This document shows, piece by piece, positions 22,839 through 38,300 of a stretch of 64,000 bases of DNA. This DNA comes from Tubulanus polymorphus (lineage: Eukaryota; Animalia; Nemertea). Position numbers and translations under genes: made by a program. The stretch is taken from contig NC_134026.1 of NCBI RefSeq assembly GCF_964204645.1, positions 5,231,950 through 5,295,949 on the forward strand. Reading direction: 5' to 3'. The notes beneath the pieces were generated by a model. The model had not been told where the DNA came from and searched no databases. It saw nothing but the letters and a program-made list of their open reading frames with translations. Within the stretch, counting starts at the first letter, position 1; every line of letters starts with the position of its first letter.

Positions 22839-25800
22839 AAATTAGCAACAAACAACATCCATGGCAAGAAACTCACTCAGAGAAGCCTCTATGATTTATA
22901 TGAATTTACCGCAATCAAGAGATTGTACTTGAAGTCATGAACTCCCTAGGAGTCCATGGAAAGTAAAGTCCACGAAACGTATGACCACTCATTGCATCAG
23001 GAAGACAGGAAGAGGGTACAACATACTGTGATACCATATGCAATAACAGTATTATATATAGTGAATTAGATTTTATATCAGAATAGCCGGTTATGATGGT
23101 TGCAAATCCTGAAAGACATTCTCCGTGTATATCTCTCCACAATCATTTGACTAAGCTTGGAATTACGTTTATTACTAAAATTGCATAATATGAAAGTTCA
23201 TTCCAAAGAAATAACTTAGATTTTCTATAACCAGTATAATCAATAATTAACAATCGCATATAAGTAATCATAGCCTCTTGTTTACGGTATCAATTTTTAG
23301 CTTCTTAAAAAATATTAATCAAATTTGCATTAATCAAAAGTATATTTACTGATTATTTGGTACATTATTTCATTTTTGTTGCTTACGGTAATGGAAGCTC
23401 GTCATTGGTTGTGATCATCTGCAGGGAATAAATTTATCGTTTGTTTGTTTATGTGGTGTCCATGACAAGCATAAAATCAATGGAAATATTTTGAGTAAAT
23501 ACAATTGCAAATCACGTGATATGAAGCATTACTTTAGTTATGGAATTTTATTCGTGATTTTGTCTTTGAGGACCACATCTATATAGATTCACCTCAACTC
23601 TGATCTATCCAATCTTCCCTCGGCAAGGATTCAAACCTGACGGCATACCAAGACTTTAAGTTCATGTCAGTCGCCATGCCATCAGGTGACAATGATTTTC
23701 CTTCCCAAAAAACGGCATGAACTAGAAGTAAGTAATAGTTTTATGAACCAGAAGAAAGCAGTTTTATTCATTCATATGAAAAGATGTCAATATTTTTAAT
23801 CACAAGATGTGACAAGGTAGATACTTATTCAAAGTGCCTGTTGTATCATGTAAAAGGAAGAGCAACAAAAATTCATTTAAAACATCAACTTTAATCCCCA
23901 TCCTAGAATTGAATATTAGTCTGTAAAGCTACGGGTTCATGAGCGTATTGTTTCACCAAATTACAATTATTGAATTCGCCAGCGAATTTATAGGCCCAAT
24001 TAAGAAAATGCAAACTTGGCAATCAATATCCAACAGCGCAAGCCGATTAGAGGGAGATCCCGCAGCTATTCAAACAAACCACATTATATTGATAATGTAT
24101 CCTATTGGTTAATAAATTTGATACCTTTGCTGAATACAATAAGCTTGGACAGACGAGCGTATAAGCAAGCGTACCCATTGCCAGAGCAAACAATCTGCTG
24201 AAAACATGTTCGATACAAGTGGATGAATCGGCCGGAAAAAAATGGTTGCCGTGAAAGGAAAACACGTCCTTTTTTGGAAAGTTTTACAAATTGTTGTGAT
24301 CAGGCGAAAAAACATACGCTCCCGTACCCATAGCTAATGAAGTCATCATGGAAAGAAATTATGGCATGAAACTAAAGGAACAGAGGTTGCTGTGGCATGG
24401 CACCAATTTATCATGTACATAATACCAAAAATTCATAAAGACTATATGAATTTTTGATAATACACAAATTCAAACTACATCGTACTTACTGACCATAAAA
24501 TGAACTGGTTGAGAGTATTGTACACTGAGACAGATAAAGTCATCTTGAATATGAGAATAGTAAAAATTTCATACTCATTTTGTGGCGATATTCTTAATAC
24601 ACAATCAGTGACTCTCATACGTTGGTATTATCGGTATTACCCCTAGCTTAACTACATCAGTCATCTCCCCTATTCAGGAGTATCTGGCCAAGCACCCAAT
24701 TGCTCAGGCTCCATTGCTCCTGGAGAAAGATACAGTGATTTACTCCAACTCCCATGACCTGGCATCTACTTGGTCCACAACATCCCTCGAAGGTCACCTC
24801 ATTTGTAGGTATTAAATATAGCTATAATAACATTAAATATACACTGCTTGCAACAAATAATTGCAAAATACTGCAAATACAATATATTTTCTTTCAGTGC
24901 ACACAAACAATTTCAAGTGCTTGCAATCCTGCAGGCCCTGTCGTTACAGTATGTCAATTCGACTGATTGCAACTTCAGATTACTGAATAAGCACAGACTG
25001 AAGCAGACCATTATCTTGAAACATTGATCAGTCATGCGAGTTGCGATTTCATGTGACTCCGTTGATGAATGTGATTAGGATAAACTGCGAGAACCTTCGT
25101 ATTTTACGTTTACGTCAAATCATATGATTTTTTAACAGAAGTGCCGTTTGTGATTTTCTAACCATCCCATCCGTATGCATGCCATGATTGATGAGGTACT
25201 CGATGACAATTACACAGGTCTAATTAGACCACATCAGTCGCATTACATGATATAATCATTACAATAAATCATAGTTAGAAATGTAGCTACCTCTTGTAAA
25301 CAAGCATAGGCAACAAGTCCTGATCAGACAGGTAGAATCTGATGAAACCAAAATCTCAAAATAAGGACATGACAGTAAATTTCATTCTCTCAATGGGAAG
25401 GGCTATTCGTAAATGGGCATTCTTCTTGAAGAAAGGCAATAGAAATTTAAAGTTACAAGTATTGAAATGTTTAGGTAGGGATGTGTGACAGATATCTCTC
25501 GCACATCTCTGGTTCATACGATAGACCCCCCTGTCCTGTGATACCCATCCCTGTCTCTCTACATGCTCTTCACAATAATCTAAGCTCATTAAACCAAGAA
25601 CAATCCGGACAAACCTATCTATTCATAAAATGACCTGGGTACATACACATACATGTGTACTAAGTAGAACTATATTCTAAGTAACTTTCAAACATAAATA
25701 AACAAAATAATATAAAATCGTTCAATCAATCATGCTCAAATAAAACCGGCATCTAGGGATTTTTACATATGAACAAACGCATTTTATATTCATAACGTTA

Positions 25801-27309
25801 GTGGTGTTTTGAACATTTGCCATTAGTTATCCATGCAAAAACCTGTTGCAGAAGATACATAAACAGATAAGTCTGTCACATAAGGCTGTGATGTTAAAAA
25901 TACTGACTAATTAGGTAGGAACTGGCATCGGAAAAAATGCATCCAGAGTCGTGAATATCAGCTCAGAAAAACTGAGGAAATTTAAAAACCCAAGGGTTCT
26001 ACTTATGGTTTTACCGAATGTAACATCAATAAGTTAATGCTTATGCATCATGACGCATGAGTTAACTGACCCTCACGGGGCCATAATATGGAGAGAAACA
26101 GAGAAATTAATGAACCACCAGCAATTTAACAGAAATATGAATAGAAAGGGCTGTGATGAATGAAACCAAATAACTGCCATTATATATTAGGCATGGATGC
26201 AACATCGTTTGTCATGTCATACAGAATCTGTCAGTGATTTGTAATAACAATCATTAGTGATACTGATGCTGCTCGTAAAGAAGACAGGAATGTATCGATT
26301 CTACAAATTTCATTTTAACAAGTAAATTTTATTGCCAGTATACCGTACTCAAATTACCGGTGCACCTTTTTCACAGAAAATGATCATCAGTCTTTCTGTT
26401 ATTTAATGCACTCCTTTGGTCTGGTTGATATTACAACGCATTAACTCAACATTCGAACGAGTATTTGGATTTTTTCATAGACTTAATCGAATAAACAATC
26501 ACCAAAGTTTTAGATCTTTTTAATCATTTCTATGGTTTATGAGACCAATGTTGCTGCCTATGGTTTTTCTATGCGAGCCAGAGTTGAAAACAACATCATT
26601 CTTAAAATTGAAGTCATTGCTCATTGGTACATCAACTAGCCACCACTGGCCTTTGAAAAAGGATTTTAATGGAAAAATAAAATAAATTTAAGGGTCAAAC
26701 ATGTGATACCAACATATAGCTGCACTGCTCTGAATTGAGAATGCACAATTAGATTTGTTCATTCTAGTTTCCTAACTCTGTAGCAAAATTCTGACTGAAA
26801 ACCATGGACCATGTTCCCATACTATCGAAGCTGAGTGGCCCTTACATCCCGTTTTAGTAGCCATAATACTGGAAATGAACACAAAAACATTCAGCGACAT
26901 GAGTCGTTACAGGTGTGAAACCCAGCAGCTGATAAAACAAGCCTCATCAACCTGCCAACAATCTACAATCATCTACCAGGCAAAATACGGCATAGGGAGT
27001 GTACCAACTAAACACAATGTGGCACTAAAAAGAAACCGTTCTCATTGTTTACAGCTGCATTTTGAAAGAAAAAGATTCTTATAACATCAGTACATTTTGA
27101 TCCCTCCTCTCTCATTCTTATCGTGTCGAAATATGAATCCGCACACTCTGGTCGGCGGGAATCAGAATGAATCTGCATTCTCTGGTCGACGGGAATCAGA
27201 GTCGTGTTGTATCGATGGTGAATTGTCGTTGAAACTGAACGACGCAATAATGGATTTATTCAGTTTCTTCCGACGTATAAACAAACGTCGACGCGGCGTT
27301 ACTGCTGAA

Positions 27310-30300
27310 TTATTCGAATCCCTGCCAATCGCTGGCCTCTGAGTCATCATCCGCATTGATTCCGGTGCAGTGTATCCCTGATTTCAGCGACGGGGTACCT
27401 TTTCCTTTTCCTGAAATAGAGGAAAAAAAGACAAACCGATGAGTATCAGATAACAACGCTAATCTTACAGAGCATCGAGACGGTAGTTAGCTTTATGAAA
27501 ATCATATCAGATGATATTTCTCTATTTCGTTTTTTCTATAGAACTCAACATCGTCGCGTGATAAGAATGGTAACAGGGAATAATCCCCCTCCCTTCCCCC
27601 AGTTATTATCCCCCTAAATTTAATTTCGCAATATAATTCAACAAAATATTTCAATATTCTTATGTTGAAAATCTTAGAAAGATTTAAAACATTTCAAATT
27701 TTCTGTGGCGTTGGTCACAATATTCACCTCGGATAATCTGCAACTTGGTGTGAGCTAAATGCATCAAAAATGTCATTATCGTAGCTTTGAAAATTTCAAT
27801 GAAGAAATATTGTTTAAAGAGGGATAATAGTGAAATTTCCCAGGGAGATTTTTACCTACCGGTAGTTGGTTATTTTACTGGGGGCAAGTAGTGAAGGTGC
27901 ATAGTTTTTAGTGGGAGGTCCTGGGAGTGTGCCCCCGCAAAATGAGATGCAAAGAGCAGCGATTTCGCAGCTTCTGGCATATTGGAGTGAAAGAACGCTT
28001 GCTGCAATTTGGCCTCGAATCAAGTAAGTTTGAAAGATAAGATCGTTTGAACACACGGGCCTGGGATTTTTCTCAAGGTAGAATATTCCACATTGAAAGC
28101 CTGCTTTGTATAAGTTCGCCATTCGGTCATTCAGCAGCTAGGAGCGAACAAGCACTAAATGATTGAATGTAGTTAGTTAAAGAGCGAATCCTTCAACCAT
28201 CCAGTCAGTCGCTTGAATCTTAAGAAATGCTATCTGCCAAATCCTTGAAATCTGCAGCATCGCTCCCAGGATGATATAACATACCGCAATCTTACGACCT
28301 CATTCTATACATATTAGCTCATTCACCCCTTACACTATTAACGCGACTTAATTCTTAAAAAGCATGTATGGAAATTTAGTCTCTCCTTCTTTAGGCGAAA
28401 AAAAGCAATTTTAATTAAATTTCTCAGAACCACAGCATCGAGGATTTATTTTCTCAGATTTCGTGTGAAGTGACATGAACGTTCACACGAACAGCTGAGA
28501 GATTATTGCATCAATAAACGAACGACAAACATCTCCACACGGTAATCACCGATCAGATATGAATCTTATGATCGGGCTTTCCGGAGTGAAAGCAGAAATT
28601 CTGAGGAGTTTCTGAAAATCCAGTATCACGAGCCAAGTTAAACCATTTTTTTCAACTCTCAACCATCTTAGGCTAAAATAAATGATACCTTGTTTCTCCT
28701 AATCGGTCGCGTCATATTGTTAATTTGTTATCAGTTCATCTTCCATAGTTGCCGGGTCTGTTACGGTTAGCTTGAAAATGATTTTTTTTTAAAGTAAAAG
28801 TAATGTGCATAGTCAACTTTTAAGCTCGGCAGATGGAGAAACAAGGTATCAATTTTTTTGGCCTTATGTTGGGTATTTTCGAAAATCAAAATTCACACCG
28901 GTTATTAGCCTACAACGTCAATATTTGATTCCTACTATCCTGAAAAAAATGTGTCGTCTCTTAAAAAGCCCTTTAAGAATTACGAATCTTTAAAAAAGCC
29001 CACCACACTTTAGGTGTTTTTTCAACCCGAATCTCAGCCTAGTAAGAATTTTGAACATTCTACTGACATATATTCTTGACCCCCCACTCATCGACCATTC
29101 CCATATATAGCAGTCTAGGTCGAGGACATTCCGTTCCGAGGGGAAATCAGTCATTTTTATCAAGAAATCTTCTCCCGAGTAAAGAACGAAGGACGTAATC
29201 AAACGGCTGTGTTTGTCATTGGCTTATGTCATTGGTTCAACTACCGGTTAGTAATATATATACGCGAAAAAATCATGAATCTTTTTTACTTGACACATCA
29301 TCACCAGGCAACGGGCAGCAAACATCGCATTCTTATCCTCCCATTATCACATACCTAATACTCGTGCGTGTAATACCACTTTGACTGTTTTCTCCGGATT
29401 TGAGGCACTTGTTAGTGTAAACGTTTCGTTCATTAGTTTTTCTTTGTGAGCTAAAAGTTGAATAGTTAGATCGTGGCCCAGTCCTGAAATGAAAACAAAA
29501 ACAAGATTTTCATCGATCTGATTACATTTTGACTTCAAATAGCAATACATTAGCATTTAGAAAAGACAAAAGATACTCATCCTGTTTATCATATCAATGT
29601 TTTAGGAACTAGAAAGTGGCTTAATGCCACGTATGATAAAAAGTTAAGTTTATACTGAATAGTGGACAAGCACTAATATACCAACAAAGTTTCATAGAAA
29701 TTTCACAATAAACATTTGGAAATACCATGTTTAAAAGAAACCCCACGCTATTTGATGTGTGTATAGTGCTAACAAGAATTTCAAGATGTCCGCCATGGAA
29801 GAGAGAGAGCTGATTTTCGACAGGTTTTATCCCTGAACCTACCCTATTAAAGCTACAAACTTTCAAGAAAATCGAACGTTTTTTGAAGTGTGTAGAGCAC
29901 TAATCAGGGAAAAGTGCAAGACGCATGCTGAGTAAAATAGAATGTTACCCCAGCCTACCAGGGAGACAATTAAAAACTGGAGAATAAGATAGTATATACA
30001 ATTCTTAACATGACGCATTTCCTATTTGGCTTTTATTTGAATTACGTATGCTCTCGGCAAACGCAGAACTAACACAATTTGTTATCATCATCCTTCCATC
30101 AAAGATTTAATCAACAAATGGCCTGGACCCAGTTCCTCACTCTTATTCATGGGCTCCATTTCACAAAGTTGAACTGAAGTTTCTAGTTCGTTATTCAGTA
30201 AACGCAAAGCTGATATTAAGCCATTTCCTAGATTGGTTTTATTTTTCATAGCTGTGATCACAAGCATTTTGGCCAGTGCCGGATAAGGCCTAGGCCAACC

Positions 30301-33300
30301 ATTTGCTCGCGTGCCAAATCAGCCCATGCCTGTTTGACCCGAAGCAGATTTGGCCCGGCCCAAAACATCGGACCAGGGCCATGCCAAGTTTTAGTGTGAG
30401 TCAAATTACTGAGTGTGAATGCTTACTGGAAGTTACTCCCTCAGTGGCAAGTGAGTGATTTACGCGCTCTCCTTTTACTAAGGCACAGGCCAAATTTGAC
30501 ATGGGCCTGATCCCGGCTAATAAGACCCTTGCCAATAATAACTCATCTGGGATTTGGTCGAACTGTAATCACACCGGTATGTTATTTTTTCAGTATATGA
30601 CTTGTTGTCAGAAATCATAACCAATGAATATCGTATTGGTCAACATATATTGTCCCCGGTGTCAAGTAATCACCATCACAGATCATGACAGACGCCATAG
30701 ATATTGTGTATGTTTGTAAATAATGCATTGAGCTGAACGATACATCTACATTTCTCTGGCTTCGGGCGGTTATTCGTTGAATTCCTTTCATCGACTGAAG
30801 AAAAATCTCAGCGGAGAGAGCGACGGATAGTTACTAGACTAATCGAAATCAGCGGGCAAATAATCAACAGTTTATTACTCATGTGTGATACACATTATAG
30901 ACATGACAGTCATCAGACTGGGGGGAGTACTGGGGAACCTTTGATAAACCATCGCGGGATATAATCGCAGAGATACGAGATCTATTTGAAACTCAATATT
31001 CTGTAGCCACCCTACCACAAAATTTGGTTTCAATTTCAAGAAATGAAAATCATCGAAAAAATCTTCGCTTCTATCAGACTTTCACCATCATCAGACTCGA
31101 AACTGCTATGCATTTACATAGACCAATTCATGGCCAATAGCAAGAAATTTTCAGTAGAAGTCTCAGACCCTTTAACTTAGAATAATATTGTCAACAGATA
31201 ACTGTATGAAAGCCTTGGGTCCTGATTGTCAAATTGATGATGAAATAAGAGATTCCCGGATTTTTTTTGTCTGAAGTAAGAGTACCGGTACCTAACATGC
31301 AGAGGGATTCCTTTTAATATCCGGGTGTATGGGCATACCTGTTCTGAGATACAGTTTCTTAAGGTTTCCACTGGTGTTCTTAGCCCTTCTTAACATTTGA
31401 TTATTTCAAAGTTAGGTTGGACATGTAGGGTGAAAACCATTTTTCAGATCAAATGGATTCTTCTAACGATTTCATTTTCTTTTTCCTTTTTTTCTAGATC
31501 CGATATCACTTCATTTTCGGCTACGATTACTAATTAGTTGCAATAACATTTCAATCAACAACCACAACGCAATATTTCAAGCTTATTTCATTGATTTCTC
31601 AAGGGATAAAATGAAGATTTTGATGATGAAAATAATTAGGAATGTCTGCATTAAAGTGCTTTTGATTCTAGGATGTTTAATAACAAAATATCATGACAAC
31701 GTAAATCATGGTTGTCTGAAATAGTTCTTTCTAATTCTTAGACCGGGTATCTTCGTACTTCTACAAGATATGGACCAGTTGAGCTGGGTAGAGGTAAAAC
31801 CACCCTAAGAAGATTTTCATCTTACAGGTAACATTTAAGACTCTTTTGAAGCTTTAAGATTTAAGATCAGTCTGACCAGATTTCAGTCAGATCCATTTGA
31901 TAAGTCATAAGATTAGAGACCATTTTAAGGACTTGTCAGACTGCCAAAACTAGGACCCATAGTGTCATCATATGCATTTTTGGTGAAGATATACAAAATT
32001 TACCTGGCTGCGACATTCAGAATTACATTTTGCTGATAATGTAGGTGTTTCTTAAATGAAAATTGTTCCAGTAATATAGGATTTAACCAGGAAATCTGTA
32101 CTTTCAATTTATCCAAATTTAGTTCGACTTCGATGAAATTATGACACAATATTATCATTGGAGATCTTGACTCCTGCATGAAATCTTGATTGCCCTTTTA
32201 TACCTCACGTTGAACGAAAAAAAAAATCATTCAGTTCAAATGGTATGAAAACAGACCTGTTCCCGCTGTTCCAAACAGAAAGCAACAAGTTTACCGTGTC
32301 TACCGATCATTATACATAGAAAAGTGTTCAGCGATAATCATACGTCATTAGGAATGAACGGACGTGCTGTAACCATCATTTGTTCTTTCAATCAGCGAGA
32401 CATTTGACGAACGCGTAACCGTATTATTTAGTCAGTAACACTAGCCGGTTAAACACAAGACGATAGCTACCTTCGTTGCGTTTACTAGCGTTTACTAGCC
32501 GCGACAACGACTGAAAATATTAGCTAACATCATCACCCACTGTAATTTTCTTCAACGGCGAAGAAAGGAGGTCAAATTTATTTCCTATACACTCGCCAGG
32601 GGCAGACCCAGGAGCAGACTTAGCAGGCCCGTGCCGAGGGGATCGGGGGTGGCAAATGAAGCCCCTAAAATTGCCCTTCAAAAAGGTCAGTGCATTAAAA
32701 ATTTGGGTCAATATTTTTTCGAAATTGGGATACAATTTTTATGTTTCTTTGGTAACTATTGTTAAGTATTGTTGTAGATATGTTATTGTTGAATATTGGA
32801 GATAAATATCATAAATTCATGAACGTCATGAAAATTATAAATGAGACGTTGTTTAAGTTTAGGTCATCGAAAAAATCATATGCAAAATCTGTCCTTTTTC
32901 GATAGGAAAGTGCCCCTTTTATGGTGAAGAAGTGCCATTTTTTTAAAACAAAACTGCCCCTGAAAAAAAACTCAGCGCGGACCTGCTTAGATAGGGCATT
33001 AAAAAAGGGCAAGTATCCATGTAAAGCCATGTAAAACCAATGCAAAGCAAAAATGGGGGTCTGGGAAATTTGGAAATTCCGGTGTATTTCAATGTCATTT
33101 CGAGGCACTTAAGTGACGTGAAAGAAAGAATTCTGTTGTTTTTCAAAGGGCATTGAAAATTCAATCGCGACTGGCTCCGCGCGTCTGCTCGCCGTGATGA
33201 AACGTTTAATCGCGGAGCAATCGCGCTGCGAACGATCAATCCTCGAATAAGAAGTTCATTTTCATCGCAAGTCCAGCGGTGTCATCATAAACTCATTACC

Positions 33301-35037
33301 ACTCCATACGCAGTAATAGCTATCATTGTAATCATCGGTAGTTACATGCTGATCTATCGTTTCAACTATCTTAAATAAAATGTGAGAAACGTGTCTCTGA
33401 AAGTACAACATCTGCAGAAGACATCGACAGGATGAATTGAAAATAAATCCACAAAGTCCGTATAATATCGTGGCTCAAGCAAAATATGAAAGAATTTCTT
33501 AGAATCGATTCCAGTTTTCACATTTTGCGAAATTCAATTCAAAGCTTTTAGAACATTAACTAAATCGATGTTTCGGTCTTCACTTCATGTGGTATCATCT
33601 TAAATGAACTTTTCTTTGGCTTGACAAGCATTCATTGTCAGCAGTAGATAAACAGTAAGCTAATAACAACATACATCAAATTTCAGACATATTAATAGTA
33701 AAAGAATGGATAGGATGATACACTTCTAAACAATAGAATCGACATGATATTCATATCAGAGATCTAATACTCATAGTACATTTGCAAGGTGATGGCCTGG
33801 TTTAGAACAGAACACTGGGTAATAGGCCTTTACACATTATTACATATCAATAAAGAAACAGGCCAAACTAATCATGTTAGAAACAATGGCAATGATCAAT
33901 CTTGCTAGAATAACAGTTTTTTCATACACCGCCCAAAAGTTGTCATTTTTATCTAGCTTATTGATCTAATCATCTATTTGATGTATTAGAGAAAACCCTC
34001 AATCTAAAGAAACTTGATATTTCGACTTAATTATTGCTAACAGCTAATTTCAAAACTATAGGTGGATAGTGACTCGGCTTATAAAACCAACCCATTCAAT
34101 GTGCGTTAATCTGAAGGATAAAATCTCAATCAACACCTATTAACTTACCATCCTCCGAAGGGCGGACATCTTTCATTTTGATCTGAATATTTCCGAGCTC
34201 GTCAAACGTAACATCTTCGCCTAAATCATCGACGATCGTGAACTGTATATCGTAGAAATGGTTTATTTGTAGAAATCCTAAATTCACCGATATTTGACAG
34301 TCAGATTCATTGATTATGATAATCTCTGCATTGTGATAGTTTGTCTGTTCAACTGGAAAATGAACTTTACTATCCAGGCCTGAAACAAAAAAAGTACTGT
34401 TAATCAAACCAACCAATATTTCGTTATCACAATCATACACTATCTACAGTCTTGTCTTTGGTCAAGGGCAGATTTAGATGGGGCTTCAGGGTTCAGATCC
34501 CCCTGAAATTTTCAAGTTGCCCTTTTTAGGGCCAAATCTGAAAACAAGCCTAATCAGTAACCTCTCAGTGGTTTAGTTTCATGATCGGATATCGCCACAA
34601 TCGATAATCCATTTATAAAAGCTTACCACTAATGATCAGGTTACTGACTAAAATTAGAATCTTTAGATCAACCTAACTAATTTTACAAAATTCAACAATT
34701 TAGTTGATATGTGGTTTATTAAGGAAAGGCCGATTTTAAAGTGATAGTCACAACTTCAATCTCGGCGCGATATCGGTAATTCAAATCTATTTGTAGTTTC
34801 AATTTAACGGCAGTCGAGATTATCAACAACAACCTTTAGTAAAATTCGTGCCAAGATACGAGCCTTAGAAAGCACCCTCAACTTTGCTTAAACTTAAACC
34901 TCCACTTCACCAGGGTTCTAAACGGTGTTTATCAGTACTTAACACGACTTATCGTCAGTTGCGAAAAATTCCTGCGTCGTCGAAATCACTTATTACTAGA
35001 AATATCGTAAATGACACTTACCAGCGGTACACTGCAT
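27310..35037 (-). CDS. ADISSP: Adipose-secreted signaling protein / C20orf27 (UPF0687) homolog, 4 coding exons
   Basis: Exons ~35022-35037, ~34149-34379, ~29356-29483, ~27310-27410: KVHFP...VNLGFLQINHFYDIQFTI...AHKEKLMNE...VLHARVLGKGKGTPSLKSGIHC...DDDSEASDWQGFE*. Confidence 0.88.
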
Positions 35038-35248
35038 AATGACAGGAGATTTCAAGCACCGATTATATCCACAACACGCAACACGACAGTGTCTACAGAA
35101 GTGACAGTACCAGCCGTATCAGCTAGACGTGACCGAGACCGTTCTTCTCGTAATGAGTACGGTGGCGCGTATTGCGTGATCGGTTGAACCTCACACGCCG
35201 CAGTTCGCTTGACTGCCCTTTCGCGCCACCGTACAATACTAGCGTCTG

Positions 35249-35263
35249 GTTGCTATTGGTAAT
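35249..35263. promoter_or_regulatory. Putative RFX X-box upstream of CFAP43
   Basis: GTTGCTATTGGTAAT ~135 bp before the ATG of a motile-cilia gene; resembles GTTGCCATGGCAAC. Confidence 0.5.
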
Positions 35264-35396
35264 ACATGTTACACATGCACTGCACACATGCGGAATTCGA
35301 AATTTAGTTAAGAATTTTGCGAATTTTCTCCCGAAAAACGACGCATAGCTGTGTTAGACGAGAAGTGAAGATTTATATGTTCGGATTCACGCCATC

Positions 35397-38300
35397 ATGG
35401 ATCAAGTTGGAACTCTAGAACTTGGGTAAATCGATGCAGAAAACATGAGGAGGAGAAAATCAAACTCAGAAATACATAACAAATTCAAATCAACCAAGAA
35501 TTTATTCAATGTGTATATTCATTCATTCATAAAGATACTCCTGTACACTCACTCGCATTGCGAGTATTTTTTTTTGGTTTGTACGTGTCCTAATATAGAA
35601 AATTTTGACTTCATTATATGAATTATTATTCTTCCGCTGTTAAAATTATTGCAGTTTATACTAAGGTCACCTTTTCTTTTCAATGGCAGCATAGATTAGA
35701 ACTGGGAAAGGGTTTCCACTAGCTAGCAATTAAATTGCTGTGCTGTGCCCCACAGACTGTTGTGGGTTTTGATTTGAATTTTTGACTACTTAGAATTAAC
35801 TAATAAATAATTGATAACTGTGAGTGATTTCATAACATTTTTTATTTGAATGGATTATCAAAACTAAGGACATGATAGGTTATCCTCAATTGTTTAGCAA
35901 CATGAAATCCATTTTCTCATCATAATTTAAAGGGTCCTTTAAACCGATATATCATTTTGGTTATGGGGCAAGTCTAGATTAACGTACTTTATTGCTTAAA
36001 GGTTAATCTTCCTATTTGCCGTTAGCTGTTAGCATATTGTCTGAAACTTTTCTGATTTTTAGTTGGACGCAGGGTTACGGCGGTGGAAGAGCTGAATACG
36101 TAGATCGTCAAACTATATGTTACAAATGCGGTAACGCGATTAAATTCATCGAAGAAGATGGAAACGAGTTTGTTTTCCCGAGTCCCGGTGACGGCCTCGG
36201 TCCGCTCGCCGTGCACAAATCGAACAAAGTATTTGCATTCGCTGAGACGTGTTTGCAACCGAGAATATTCATATTCTCATATCCATTGTTCGATCCAATT
36301 GCTGAAATGAAAGGTACTAAATTAGACCCAAAACAAGTGGTATAGCCTACAATGCATCCTCCTTCGGCGAGGATCCGTACCTGAAGTGATCGTATTGAGA
36401 CTGCCACAACACGAGACCCTGCCTGATTAGCTAGGGTGCATAGCTATTGATGCAACTAGCCATGATGTCATTATTAGCCAATTGGAAATTATGTCTTATT
36501 TTCACCTGGATTATTGTATTCACGATCTGTGAATTTGCCTCAGCAATAGGTATACAACAAGCAATCTGATTGGTGCTGTACATTTTCATGTGGCAATATG
36601 TGAACTAGGGCAGGGGTTTCATATCATCGCTGAGTCTAACAATGCCATGAAGTTCAAATCCCCACTGAGGGAGAGGATGTATGTCACTTGAAGTCCCTGT
36701 AGAATTTTCATTTTGTTTATCCTATATTCAATCGCTCGCGCTTCATCGGAATGATGAACAGACCCGTCAGGGCCTCAAACATCTAAAACTTCAAATTCAA
36801 GTTGACATATACCGTAAATTTTTCCATTTATTATTACAGATGCTGCAAAGCTTGAAGTATCTCATCTGAGTTTTTCTTCAAGCGATTACTTGTGCAGCGT
36901 TTCAGGCCTACCAGAATTTCAACTGACATTATGGTAAATTTTCTATTCCGAGCTATTTGCATGAAAATCTTTACTTTTATTCATATTGTTGATGAAACGA
37001 GTTGAAATAGCTGAAATCACTTAGCGACAAGAATGAATTCATAATTAACAAATGGTTGAGCATCGCGCGGGTTTAAATCCCAGAGAATTATGCGTATATG
37101 TGTGCTGCAGTCAATTCCAAGTTACAGTGCTGAAATACGTTTATTTTCTCTGATTTTATATCGTTCAAGTCACAGGCACTTGAATATGGGCTTTGACCTT
37201 GTAAGATGATTCATGGTTGTTTGTTTTCTTGTCTTATACTAGGAAATACGCCGACGGAATAAAATTGACATCGGTTAACATTAATCATATAATACCGACG
37301 AGTGTCTCTTTCAATCCGGCCAACTGGAGACAGATTTGTATCACATCGGAAGATGATATCAGTATCTGGAATACAGAGCAGTCGGATATTACTTACACGA
37401 TTAATAAACAGTAAGAACATTAAAATGCAGCAATGTAGAAAAACCTAAAAAGTCTTATCCAGTGCTGAGAATAACTTCATTGCATTATGTATGAAATTAA
37501 ACTTAGCTGCCTCTGTTATAGAATCTCAGAAGATTTGAAATGATACTTATTACCCAAGAATTAAAATCAAAAGACAACATTTCACCCACTGTCTGGAGAC
37601 CAAGCATCATACCTATTTTTAGTTTTTGAGTTATAAATTTCAATTTAAATCTTTGAATTTGTATATAGTATATCTTTGAATAGTGGAATTTGAAATTTAT
37701 AATGTATTCTTCATGTAAGAGTATAGCTATTCTACTAGCTCCTTTAATATTCCTGGGTGGTTTTGAAACGCTTAATTTATCTCATCAATCTCAGAAGTCA
37801 TCTATCAATTCACTGTACGACGTTATTTCAATAGATCTGTGAAATTACCATCTGCGTTGATGAGCGTTAACGTCATTGATGAAAAAGATCGCGATGAAAT
37901 GATGCCGACACGAGCCTCGACGCGCATGACTCAAGCTACCATCGATCTACCGCAGTCAGCAGTTGCCGGACTCGTCGGAGAATTAGCTGAAAAATTCGAA
38001 GAGCTTCAAGATACAACGGCTAAGGTGAAACCGGTGTCACACTGTTGGATGCCTAATGGTGATCTATTAGTAGGGTGTAAAGACGGACAATTTCTAAAGG
38101 TATCTATGAGCTTTATCTTATGACTAAGTGACTAGTGAAATTCAACTAACTGATTCTCATCTAATACTCAAATTCTAACTGTAGGGGCTTTGTAATTTCT
38201 ATTACTCAATGGCCTGACTGAATTGAGTTTTAGATCATTATTTGAATAGTGAAATTTAATAGTGAATTTTGATTTTTTTTGCAGATTGATGGAGAGTTGT

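Noticed and set aside
27130-27200. ~33-bp tandem duplication and short ORFs after the ADISSP stop
   Set aside because: Simple 3' UTR duplication; in-frame read-through would end after 17 codons with no supporting signal.
31070-31105. CTGATGA...GAAA on minus strand as a third hammerhead
   Set aside because: No stem II or stem I can form.
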